DNA of 64,000 nt. Origin: Lama guanicoe. Lineage: Eukaryota. A model generated the notes under the pieces. The model saw only the letters and a program-made list of their open reading frames with translations. It did not search any database and was not told where the DNA came from. A program made the translations under genes and the position numbers. Location: positions 34,580 through 98,579 of the forward strand of contig MU054100.1 of assembly GCA_013239625.1 (NCBI GenBank). The letters run 5' to 3'. Below, one piece after another: positions 51,686-64,000 of this stretch; positions within the stretch are counted from its first letter, which is position 1, and each line of letters opens with the position of its first letter.

Positions 51686-53613
51686 AATCAAGGAATCCAT
51701 TTAAAAGTGCTTTTCCAGAAAAATACTGGGCAAAATAATCCACTTGCAGAGTAAGTTCTGGATTACTTTTATTTTTAAAAGGCAGGGAGTTAGAAATAGG
51801 TAGGAAGAAGTTAAGCTTGCAAGTATTCTTGCATTTTAAGAGTTTAAGAAAATATCTCTGGGTGACTGGACTTTTTATCCTCCAGATAGAGGCAGTCATG
51901 TTCATTTAATCTTATGAGTTGCACAAGTTTATTGTCCGTCATGTTCATCTACATAGAAGTCATTTCAGTAGGTCCAGAGAGGAAAACAAATATATAGGAT
52001 TTAACTGTGACAGAACAGCATAGTCAAAGACAAAGATAGTCACTGTCATTTCTATGTTTGTTCTGTATTTGGTGGTGGGGGGGCGAGGAAAGGTTTGCCA
52101 GGAAAGAAAGTAAAGTATCTTTTATTTGCTTCAAAGCTTGAACAAAAACAAGCTACATTAACTATGAACTGTGGGTGTTTCCAGGAGAGAATGGGGAGTA
52201 CCACTAGCTCCCTCTGGGAACTCTGTCAACAGATTAATTGTTTCTTAAATGGGGAGAGACATTTGTGGATATCTTTCCTGCCCATTTCAAGAAGGAAGGG
52301 CGTGATTCCACTTGATACCGCCTGTGATCTCAAATCAACATCCTGGGGTGTCCAATCTAGGCAACGAGTGAGACTATTTTCGATAACTTATGTGATTTCA
52401 TTTTTGATAATTGCATGCTCATCTCATAGGAAAAATGATCAGACTCCGGTATTCTTTGTCTTAAAGATCATCCTTGGAATGATTTCCTGGTTTCAGGTCT
52501 GACTTCAGCATGAGAATAACCAGCTGGAGGTCATCATGATCTTTATTAATTTATCTTACTAATCAGACCTGATACCAAAATGATTAATTATAAATATCTT
52601 AAGAAACTTTACATCTCTTCTAAACATAATTTTTTAAAGTATGAAAATAAAAGGAAAATCAGGTTAGAGTGAAGTAATTAAATTGACAGTGTAGGGCAAT
52701 TCTCTAAGTGAAAAAATCCTTGGATTTTAACCAAAGAATAAGTTTTATACCTGAGGCATTGGTTTAGAGAGTCAAGTGTGGAATATATGGCAAAGATTGC
52801 ATTTTAACAAATGAATAATGATTCTGAGAGGTATTTTTCATTTCCTTCGCATGTTTTAGAGTAGGATTAGTTTTACAGCATTCTTGGTTGCTGTGGGTAG
52901 AATATGCACATTTTTCAAAAACTGGCTATAAATTAAAAATAAATATGAAAGGAGTTGATTGATGTAAGGCATGATGCTTTAGTAGCATAATGTTAACTAA
53001 GTGCAGATTCAGAGATGTCTTGAGCCAGCCTCTCTGTTTTTTCACGTAATAAGCTATAATGCAAAGCAAAAAGTAACCATTCAGTCCAGCTTCACCCCAG
53101 CCACATCACCAGCAGGCATTTCCCTGATGAAAAGAGGGGTGGGGATGAGTAGGGGGTAATTTTTTTTTCATTTGAGGAATACAGTTACTTGCTAAACTAA
53201 GAGCAATAATTTTCTTTTCTGACTGCATGGTTCTTACAGAACCATCATCCCTTCAGGAATGTTCATATGAACTTCAAAGTCTACTGCAAAATGTGCTAAC
53301 TGTAATAGGATGGTCCTTCTCTTGTCAGGAACCAGAATTCACTGTCTTCAAATAGATGCGAATCTCCTGGCTTCCCTTAGCTCTCAGGTTACTGAGGTCA
53401 ACATACTCATTTCTGTTTAGCCCTCAAGCCATGTTAGGATTGTATCAGAAGGAGTTATGTTTTTACATTTTTATTTGCATTTCTAAAGAAATCAGAAACT
53501 TCAACATTCCTCTAGTAGCAGCAAGAGGAAAAGGTGCCCACACTTACTTGAGAGGCTCTAAAAAGTAACAGAGGGGCATCAAAACAGACAAACCACTGGT
53601 CTGGATTTAAATA

Positions 53614-53671
53614 CGGTTGCCCTTGAACAACATGGGTTTGAACTGCAGGGGTCTACTTACATGCAGATTTC

Positions 53672-53730
<59 letters not shown>

Positions 53731-53960
53731 GGCTCTCAGGATACGTGGGTTTCATATCCAAGGATTCAGCCAACTGCAAATCAAATTTCAATCCATGGTT
53801 GGTTGAATCCACAGATTAGGCATCAACTGGTAGGTTTAACTGGTAGATACAGAGGGCCGACTCTACCGTGCCATTTTATATGAGGGACTTGAGCATCCGT
53901 GGATTTAGGTGCCAAATAAGGCTCCTGAAACCAAAGCCTTGCATACACCAAGGGATCGAA
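53614..53960. mobile_element. Tigger/MER2-family DNA transposon relic with an internal (CA)n
   Basis: cggttgcccttgaacaacatgggtttgaact terminus and gccattttatatgagggacttgagcatccgtggattt internal motif. Confidence 0.75.
53675..53726. repeat. Perfect (CA)n microsatellite, about 25 units
   Basis: Read directly from the sequence. Confidence 0.95.
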
Positions 53961-54474
53961 AAGGTGCAAAACAAGTTCCTTTTTAGGCCAGTTATGTTTT
54001 GGAGAATTCACATGGTGGGACACTATCTTTTAATCCAGACTCATGAGGAATGAGAATTAAAAATCCATTACAGCCAATTAAACTCAGTCAAGTTATAGGA
54101 TGATCAACCTCCTAACAAGATACTGAAAGTAGGAGCGGAAAGTAAGAAGGTCAGGTTAGGAGGTCACCAAGGCTTTGTAATTACACCACAAAGGGTTTTC
54201 AGAGCCTCTACACCTGTAGTGCCTTTGGGAATGGATTAGAAGGGATATACATGAAAGAAATTTTATGAGAAAAATAAGGGGCACTTAATAGCTACATTTG
54301 TATACAGAGTAAAAGAAAAGTGAAGAACTGAAAAGATTCAGTGGTGTTAGGCTAATGATAATGGACCATTTGACACAAAAAATCTGACAAAATTGACATG
54401 AATAACTGACATAAAAATGGGAAGAGAGAGAAATACAGTATTTGAGTATTCTTGAAAAATAGCATCCTAAATTT

Positions 54475-55990
54475 GATAATCACATTGGCTTTATTAGGTG
54501 GTTTGTGAATGGGGCAGCTTCCCATCTAGGAACTAGGAGGGTGCTCCCCGGGGTGGTACAACATGGCAAGTTTATACAGGAAGAGGGATGGGGCACTGGA
54601 GCTATGAACCAAAGAAAAGAAAGGATTTTGAGCCCAGGACTTCCTCTTTTTTTAGGGGGTGGTGGTGATGGCAGAGTGTTTTCATGAAGATTGCCTCTTC
54701 TTCCTCTGGGGGTGGAGAGGGCCCTTGTCGCAGATGACTTCACTGGTGCAGGCCAGAAAATTCCAGACTGGTACATTTCTGGAGAAGAAGGTGGAAACTG
54801 CAGTCATGTTAAGTATTAAACCTGGGTTTGGTATCATGGGATTTAGCACAAGTAGCACTATTTTGGGCCTGTGTTTTTTCTCTTTAACAGTGCCCCCTTT
54901 TGATCAGACTGTCAGCCTAACTGAGAAAGACGATCAAAATTTAAGGCATTAGCATTACTCTCAGCTACTGCTTTGCAGTTTTATCGAGTGTGGTCATCGT
55001 AAGTCCTGATGATTTTGCTGAGCGCCTGTGATATTTACAGGCCACAACTTCAGATTCACAATCTCTAAGTTGGTCATTCTCATTGCTTTTCTGAGGTTCT
55101 AGTCTTAGGGAGATATTTCCCTGCTGGTCAGTGCATACAAATATACATTTAAAACTTTTGAAAGGATGCGGTGTGCCAGGGAGCCTACTGTGATTATTAA
55201 AAGCAGGAAAACTCCCTATGTTTGGAGTGCGCTTCAGAGCCATGATCCCCAAGACCCAAATCAAAGGAAAGCACTGTTGAAGGAGTCAGCCTTTTAAGCT
55301 AAGCGGTCATTGATCTTCCATGACTGAGTTTCAGCTTCCCCAGAAGCTCACACCAGGTACAGCAAGTACATCACAACACAGGCACCTCCTGGCTCAGCCA
55401 AAAGACAATCAAAAGCTATCCTGTTCTCAAAAACAAGCTTGGCCTGAGATTCCAAGGAGTTTTGTCAGACAGCGATGTCTGCAAGTGTTAAGGAAAAGTT
55501 CCTGATCGTGTCCTCATTTGTATTAACTCCTGACCAGGGAAGCAGGGCCCTGCCAAAGCAAGCAGTTCTCAAATCATGAATGCCTCCTGGCTGGCCTTTT
55601 CTAGAACCATTAGGGGCATGGTTAGTCAGCCTAAGAGGCATAGCCCAGCTGTGCTCCAGCCTTCTCAGCATTCAAAGGCCCAAGGCAAATGATAACCACC
55701 ACAGACAAAGACAAGATCTGTCGGGGCCCAGCTCATTCCTCTTACGGAAGTACAGGGACTGGATTTATTCACAGGGACTGCTGTGTTTCCCTGTCCAAGC
55801 CAGGGGTCAGTCATGTTTTTAGCACATTTGGGAAGACAGTCTCCTGGCCTGAAATACAGAGTCATCCTAAATTCTAGAGGTTCCCTGCCCCCACCCTTCG
55901 CAATGCCTGGAATATTGAAATGAGGGCATTATCTTCCCAGGACAATGACAGAGAGAGGGAGAGAACAGAAGAAAGATTTTCATGTTTAGC
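54475..55990 (-). mobile_element. ERV fragment: 3' LTR plus adjacent internal sequence
   Basis: On the minus strand a polypurine tract (AAAAGGGGGCAC, about 54890-54901) directly precedes TGTTAAAG at 54889, and AATAAA is at 54490-54495. The extent of the internal part is approximate. Confidence 0.6.
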
Positions 55991-56006
55991 TAAAGGAGGA
56001 AGTCTT

Positions 56007-56260
56007 TATTATTTATTTATTTTTATTTTTCATTGAAATATAATGATTTACAACGCTGTGTTACTTTCTGCTGCACAGCATATTGATTCAGTGTTATATA
56101 TATTCACATACACACACATATACACATAATATATATAGATTCTTTTTCATTATAAGTTATTACAGGTATTGAATGTAGTTCCCTGTGCTGTACAGTAGGA
56201 CCTTGCTGTTTATCTATTTTATATGTAATAGTTTGTGTCTGCTAATCCCAACCTCCTAAT
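56007..56260 (-). mobile_element. Short L1 3' end with an imperfect TSD
   Basis: T-rich tail and gttccctgtgctgtacagtaggacctt motif. Flanks are TAAAGGAGGAAGTCTT (55991-56006) and TAAAGGAGAAATCTT (56261-56275). Confidence 0.82.
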
Positions 56261-58744
56261 TAAAGGAGAAATCTTGGTCTGGCATGTTGGGTGGAAGCAG
56301 TCTACCTACACTGACATCAGCTCCGTCTCTTCCTGGTCAGTGTGATTCAGTGTCTCCAGCGTTTGTACAGGACCAGGTGTTGGGTGGAGTCCTCCTGAAC
56401 TGTGAGATGTGTGTCAGTACTTTGTAGTGTGGCAGCAGTGTCAGTGCCCAGGGGTACTTGGTGACGTCCCTTCCAGTGGGGCTCTAAGCTTGCCTTTGTC
56501 CTTAGTGATTCCAGATCAGAAGGGTGGGAGAAAATTGGAAACATTAGTTTGGTGAATCATAGCTAGATATTTGGGAAAACTAGAAAAATTCAAGTTCCAA
56601 GGTTACAGATATATAACAAAACCTCAGATGTAATTAACAGGACTAGCATCTAATATCTATGAAGGTGCAAACATGATTTTTCTCTCTATAGTTACCCCCA
56701 TTTGTTTACCAAATATAATCACAGTAAAACTAATTTGTTTGTATAAAGCTCTGCCTGATTATTTCTACAAGTGAAGCAAGAATAATGATTGACCATATAC
56801 ATTATTTTTTAAGACTGCTTTGCTGAAACCGTGTAAGCAAAGTACCAGGTCGATTTTTCCAAGCAGTTTCTTGAAGCCATGTTGTTATATCTGAGTCTAT
56901 GAGCATCTCTCTCAAATACGATATTCCAGTCAAAGTCATGGTAATACAGCCAATGTTTCTAATTGCATCCTGTCTCAAGAACAGATTCTTACTGAACGTA
57001 TGTGAACAAATATATTGTCATGAAAATAAGAAGACTCACTGAAAGTTTCTTAATTCTCAAGGGATCAGGTAGGGAAAAAAGTAATTTTCCTTTTACTTTC
57101 CAACTTTGTTCACAAAGGTACATTTTCATTTAGAAAGTGCTCACCTTCACTCTCATGTCCCATTTTCTCCTGGAGTGTCTCTGCCTCTCTTGAATGCTTA
57201 TATCCCTGTCACTGAGCATGGCTTTTCTTCCTTCACTTACATTTACATGGCCTCATCCTTCATAGTTCTCCTGTTTGCTTTTATCATCTTCATCTATAAT
57301 GTCTCTCCCAATAACCCCAGCTTTTTCCAGTATTTGAGCTCTAGAGATGATCACTACATCTTTATTTCTTGGAAAAAAATCTCTCTTAACTAGAGGTTAG
57401 GATTTTCACCTGCTGAACATTAATCACCATACAGACAATAGACTGATAGTTCAAATTCAAATTCAAATTCAAAATTGTTTCCAAAGATGAATTTACTTTC
57501 TACCACGAGACGCTGAATTTTCCTTCCTGATTCTTCGATCTCAAGTAGAGTGTCAGCCATGAAATCCTGTCAGTTCCATCTTCATGAGGCCCTGGAGTCT
57601 GTTCCCTCTCTTATAGACCAGTGTTCATGTCTTCCTGGCTATCATGGTAATCTCCCATCTGTTCTCTTTGTTTCCAGGCACGTTTCTTACAAATCCATTG
57701 TTAAGTGCTGAAGCCAGGGCCATCTGTGTAGAATGAATCATCTGATTTTATCACTTACCTACCAAAGAATTTTCAGTGGTTAACCTCTTCCCATTTAAAG
57801 CCATTACTATGCGCTAAATATCCTCCTAATCTCATGTTCTGTTTCCCTTTTCCCACTATCGTCTCTCAGAGTGCCCACCAACTAGCCGCTGCCAAGGTAC
57901 CACCATGATCCACAAGACACTCATGAGTTTCAAGATTCTCTTTCAGTTTGGAAATCCTCTTCTTACCTTCCTGCACTTGAGATTCTGTCCCTCCTCCTGG
58001 TCCCATCTCAGATACAAGCTTCTTCAAATAGTTCCATTCTTCCTGTTACAGTTAAGCACTTCTCAGTGTACACTCCCTATATGCATATTTAATGTTTTAT
58101 AATTATATTATACCTTGAATACCCCCTTAATATAATTTTCAGCTCCTAAATGCACAGAATGCACTGTATTCATTTTTATATCACCAGTGTTCCCAAATAT
58201 CCCTATACTATATACATAATAGTTGCTCAGTGCATCTTTGTGTGATAATTATCCTTACTCTGTGTACCAGAATAGGAAGTTCAGAACTTTGGCCAAATGT
58301 GATGAATCAAAGTACACGTAATGCATGTATAATTTTATTCTGTAAAGGGACAACCAGAAATTATGACATATGAAAGTTACTGTTGTAAAATATTTTATCT
58401 ATTTTATTAATACTATTTAAAAATATACCCCTACAGCTTGTATCAAGTCATGGAAAAAGGAACTGCGCTTGTGAGAGTTTAGCCTCCTAGAGAGTGGGGG
58501 CTGAATCGGCTTTACTCCACAGTGTGCATACGTTACAGGTCACTTCATAAGTGTATTTCTAGTGAAAGATAATCAGGCAATGATAAAATACTGTACAAGC
58601 TGATTCTCTGATGTCAAGACCATGAGCTGAACTTGCATAGTTATCAGGCAGGTAGGTGTCTTTCCATGCATTTATGTGCAAGTGGGAGGACCTGGCCACT
58701 TCCCTGAAGCAGTGAGCAAAAGGTGTTGCTTCACTTCTCCAGAG

Positions 58745-58880
58745 TAGTGGTTTTCACCATCGGTGCATCTGCTCCCCACGGGACATGTGGCAACACTGGA
58801 GACATTTTTGATGGTCACCATTGGGGAGCATGAGGTACAGTTGGCCTCGTTCTGGCATGTCACTAGTGCTGAGATCAAGC
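58745..58880. mobile_element. MER20-like hAT relic
   Basis: tagtggttttcacc...tggcaacactggagacatttttgatggtcac motif. Confidence 0.65.
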
Positions 58881-61800
58881 AATCCTGCTTCTAGAACTGG
58901 AAGTGTATTGTTAGCTTCACTTCCTCATGATTAAACAGAGTTAATTTTAAAATACTTTTTTATTTAAAGAACTAATCAGAATGCTTCCCATATACATATT
59001 TCTTACAATTTGTGCTCATTGTTAATAATTGGTTAACTGCATGCATAACTCTAAATTCATTACAAGAGTATTTTAAGCCAGAGTCGTGCTGAGTAATTCT
59101 ATAAAGAATTTGTTTCAATATGTGGATCTGGAGCACTTCAGAATTTACAGTGGGAAGGAGGATGGTACTATGACATTTGCAAAACTGCAAACTCATAATT
59201 AAACTATGAAACACTTGCGTAGACTGAAAATTTGAGTCCTATGTCTTCTTATCAGCAACTACCCTTGGAAGTCTGGGTTTTGTAGTGACATGAATGATAT
59301 AATCATACGCCATGTAAAGAGCTATTTATTCTGTGTTTATATTTTAGAACCTGCTAGGTTTAATTTGTATGGTGTTATTGTAACAATTGAATCTGCCATT
59401 AACACAGTTGGTATTTAATAAGTACTTTTTCTTCATTATATTGCCAGAAAAAAGAACTTTGTCTCCACAGCTGTTTTCTTTTACTAATGTTTCTGAAATT
59501 AGGCTATTTATTCCCTCATGCTAACTACCCATATTTGCTGGGCATAAAGACCCACATTTCCCTAAATTCCAGCAGCAATTTCACCATCCCAGTTATCTCT
59601 CGTGACTCTAGACCATGACTTCATTATGGTCCCTGCGTTGGCCTTTGTATGTGTAACGTAACTTGCTCTTCATTTATTTCATCTTCCAGGTTAAATTCGT
59701 ACATTAGCACTCCATATCCCCACCAGCAACCTAATGTGAGCAGTGAGTTTTGTTATTTGTTGGCAAAACTCTGAATCAAATCGCCTGCCCTATCTTTGCC
59801 AAAGTGTGGGTGGCATGATTTCCCAGCCAGTTATCAAGGCTCTAGTCTCCTGGGTTTTGAATATTAAGTTGAATGGGCCAGTTGTGGTGTTTTCAATAGA
59901 ATCTTCTTGCTATTCCGACTTAAGAGCAGCCCTAGGTTTTGTTTTATGATGTGAAATCATAATTTTTTTCTCCTGATTTTTAAAATTCCTCATATGCTTC
60001 CTTTCTCTACCTTTCTCTCTCTCTCTTCCTCTGTCTCTTCGGCTTAAGCTAACCAGACTTAGTTCTCTCGATTGCAGTTTTAAATCTCTGCCTGATATAC
60101 ATCTGTACACCCAACTTCTTATTCCTATTCCATATTCAAAAGAATGGTATCACTGTGAAATTATTCTGTAATCTTCCCAATTCTTAACCAACTATATATT
60201 ATTAAGCATAAGATCCCAAATTCTCCCCCAAATATGTGATCTTCTCTCTCTTCTTCCTACTGCCAGTTTAGTTCACTGCCTTATTACCATCTCTGAACTG
60301 TATTATATTAATCTCCAAATCTATGCTGGATATTTCTGAATGGTTATTCTAGAATTCATATTTCATTACGGCATTATCTAACACTTTAAATATATCCCTG
60401 CTTACTTCAAAAACATGACATACATAGCTGTTTACAATCTGGCCCCTAATCTCATTTCTCACCATACTTACTCTACCACTCCAGTACCTAACTCAGCTAC
60501 ACACTGAATTTTCCCTGGATCATGTGTCCACTCTTTTTCCTTTGCTCAGACTCTTTATGGTGCCTTCAGGATAGGAGATTCTCTTCTCCCATGGCATCTT
60601 TCTTTTGGGCTCTTTTATTGCTGGTTGTAATTGTTGGTTTACTTATCTGTCTCCTAGTGGTGGGTGAACTTGTGTTTTATCCATCTCTGTACATACATAG
60701 TGTCTGGCACATTCTAGGTATCCAGTAAGTATTTAGAGCACTGGTGACTTGTTGCATGTCTTTTCTTACTGTAATTCTAACTCATGCTGACATTTTACTT
60801 TTTTATTCTGGAAGGAGCTTCAAAACTAGAATTCCTGCATACACATATACCCATATTAACTAATTATCAACATACTACTTTCATGTTTCCTTTATGCCCT
60901 CTTCTCTGCCCCTAGTATCATGGCTGATATTTACTCACACCTCTCAGATGTAATTTCTCAGCTGAGTTTCTAACTGTCTCCATTTTCTTCCCATTTTCTC
61001 ATTGGAGTCACTATAGAAAAGCAACAGAGTCTGTCCAATTAAACTGCTAGCACATCCAGCAATATCATAGCAACACATGCTAAAGAAATAGTCAAAATAA
61101 ACATCACAAACTGTCAGCTGAATAAATACAAATGCTTCTGTTTTATCTAGTTTATAATACTATATTAGAATGACAGATTTGTCCTTTTCTCTAAAATACG
61201 TTTAATATACACAAACAATACGCCTATCTGTTTTTCCCTTTGTATCTTTTCCATTTATAAAATTCCCCTGGGAATTTTGAACTTTGCTACATATCATGTT
61301 CTTATCCCTCAAACAGAGCACAGATGCCAAACAGACATTGAAAACTGTATCAGTGTTAAATGGAACACCTTGCCCTAGTGCAGTGAGAAAGTCCTTTTTG
61401 TTAGTACAAATTCTACCCTTACACGTTTTCAGGTGATCAGGTTCTTGTTAGCTGGTTTGTTTCCTTTAATATCTGGAGTCCCAAAATGTTTTATCTTCTG
61501 TTGGCTGAGCTAGATTAAGCTATGTAAATCCAGTCCTGCATGACCTGACTTCTTTCACTCGCTTACAGTTGAGTTCTTCCTTCTATCTTTTGATTTTCCC
61601 AAATTTATTGATGTACCAGAACCTGTTTCTTTGAGTTCTTCCTTTGATTTTTTTATGATACATGCTTTATGGCTGTCAGTAAGTCATGGTACAGTATGTT
61701 AACCCAGAACATCAAAAGTCTAATACAATCACCCTCCTGTCATAAGTAGATTAGGAGTCTTTGGAAGAAAAAAAAATCCATTTGGGTTTAAAATGACTTT

Positions 61801-62524
61801 TTTTCTTCATATATTCCATATAACAAACTTTTCCAAACATTTGCTATTGACCCATAAGCACCTAGACTATGAAGAGAATTTGTGCCATATTATTTGCAAA
61901 TTTATTGTCATTTGTATTGTGTCAAACTAGAATTATTTTTACTGACTTTCTTCAGTTTGACTCTTACTACACTTAAAGATTACCTTTCTTTCCTTTATTT
62001 ATTTATTGACAATTATCTGGTATTCCTTTCTTTGTTGCAGTGACTCAGTTTGCTGCCCAGCTAGCATACAGCTTTCTACACAAGAGAGGTACCCCACAGT
62101 GTGAGGCACTGGCCTGTGAGTTTATAAGGCACCGTTTATGAAGCTGTTGAAACTAGTTTACTGGCTCTCAGGAATGCTATAGAAGGTTTCCTTCTCCCTT
62201 CCAGATATTGTGATTAAAAGACATGTAGCTACCATAGACTCTAAACTTATGATGCCTGGAGGATTTTAAATCATTTTGTGCAGCAGCTCATAGTCAGCAG
62301 TGGTCTATTAACTCCAGTGCTACAGTTGAATGCTAAATGACAGTTTTGACAAGCAAACACTCTGTACATGTATGGACAGATAAATTGAAGCCATTTTGAA
62401 GAACCTCCCTAATTCCCTTTCCATCATCATAGTCGGCAGTAGGTGCACAGAAGCAGGAGCTGTCAGGTGCCGAATAAGGCTCCTCTCACCTGAGCCTCAT
62501 CTCATTTGGGTACTGTATTTCTAA

Positions 62525-62980
62525 AAATTTTCTGGGGAAACAAAACCATATAGATAGAGACAGAGAGGGAGAGAGAAGAAGATTGATTGATTATAAGGAA
62601 TTGATTCACGTGATTATCAAGGCTGATGTGTGCCAAGATGTGCAGTCAGCAGAGGAGACCTGGAAGAGCTAATGGCGTAAATTTGAATCTGAATACCAGA
62701 GGCTTGAGACCCAGGAAGGGCCAGAAAGAAACAACATTCTAGCTCAGGCAGTCAGGCAGGAGAAGTCCCCACTTACTCAGTCTTTCTGTTTTCAGAAAGG
62801 CTTTCGACTGATTGGGTGAAGGCTGTTCACACCAGGGAGGGCAATCCGCTTTACTCTGTCTGCCAATACAGATTTCAGTCTCATCCAGGAACACCTTCAC
62901 ATGCACACCCAGAACAGTATTTAACCATAGATCTGGGGACCCTGAGACCCAGTCAAGTTGACACATAAAATTAACCATAG
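62525..62980. mobile_element. MLT2-like (ERVL) LTR
   Basis: Characteristic ttataaggaattgattcacgtgatt and terminal ccagtcaagttgacacataaaattaacca motifs. Confidence 0.85.
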
Positions 62981-64000
62981 CTCTGCCTTAAGCACAAGCT
63001 CTGGTGACTAGGAATTTGTGGATGTTATGACTTCCTTGCTCATTGCTCAGGCCATTCTGATATGCTCAGCTACTCCTTGACAACAAATAAACAAAACAAC
63101 AAAAAACAACCTGTCTACTTCAAGTTGACTCCCTCATAACTGGCGTAATAGATTCCTTGGCTCATGTTTACTGCTTTGTCTTTTCTATTTTTGTCTCCAG
63201 TGAATGGTTTTTATTATTATTCTTTTCATGCTCAGATTTGTGCACTGTTGTTTAGATCTGTTGCCTTTTCCAAAGAATTATAGATGTGAGGGTTGAAAGG
63301 GATCTCAGAAAATACCTAATGTGGTGACCGCACCATCATACCATCCTCTCCCTGGCCTTTCTGCATATTTTCTAGGTAAACATACTGGGTTCAACCTGAT
63401 CATATTTGAAATGTTTTTAAAGCCACAAGTTTCAAGTAAGAAATACTCAGATATTTAAAAGGGACTAAATTGGTCACTAAAATGTGATTCCATAAATAAG
63501 GCAACTTAAATATTGAAAGCCAAGTTCCATCATGACTCGTTACATGACCTTGGAGCTGGTATTCATCATTTTCTCCTCTCTCGCTCTTGAACTGAACCCA
63601 AAGTGCCTAACTTCTGTAGCACAGAAAATATTCTGTAGCAGTTGTACTGAACTAATCTGTTGTAGTCTTTATTTAAACATGTATAAATATACGATGAACT
63701 ATAAGAGCTATTGATTTTATTTCCTCTTTGTGCTACTGAAAGGTTGCATTTAGGTTTTTCAGATCAAGTGATCTCAGAAGGCAAAGTTACAAAGTAGTAA
63801 AATTATACTGCAACCATCAGCTACTTTATTTATCTATAGAAGGATTTTGGGGAACATCTTTTATTGAAAAACATTACAGCCTTATTAGACTTTAAAAAAT
63901 ATCTAAACTCGTGAGCTTAACTGGCTATGAAACCTTAGCATTACATATATTTTTAAGTTTGAATTATTATTATATCACAAGTTTTTCTCTATTCAGTATA

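Noticed and set aside
204..63714. Numerous 60-150 aa ORFs in the track
   Set aside because: They show no recognisable homology and overlap repeats or intronic DNA, as expected by chance.
44463..64000. The next THSD7B exon (expected to start AVSC...)
   Set aside because: I recognised no matching sequence. It probably lies beyond the window in a long intron, so its absence is not evidence of deletion.

Overview
This is mammalian genomic DNA: AT-rich, repeat-dense, with two N gaps at 23608-24332 and 39989-40177. The tRNA-derived SINEs resemble the camelid vic-1 type, so the source is probably a camelid draft assembly (inference). The window lies inside THSD7B on the + strand and holds five internal thrombospondin type-1 repeat exons (5319-5506, 7123-7357, 14922-15034, 40197-40326, 44359-44462), about exons 8-12 by my recollection of the human gene. 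The exons carry several lesions: a 1-nt frameshift in the first, an AG>AA acceptor change at the second, two in-frame codon deletions, and loss of a conserved Cys and Gly in the fifth. A cryptic AG 8 nt into the second exon would exactly restore the reading frame. The last intron holds a nearly full-length processed APOE retrocopy (- strand, 46331-47436) with a poly-A tail, no ATG, two nonsense codons and retained CpGs, inserted in an old ERVL pol fragment. There are also two local near-identical duplications that may be assembly artefacts, plus LINE, SINE, LTR and DNA-transposon relics. I found no evidence for a wholly new multi-gene system.
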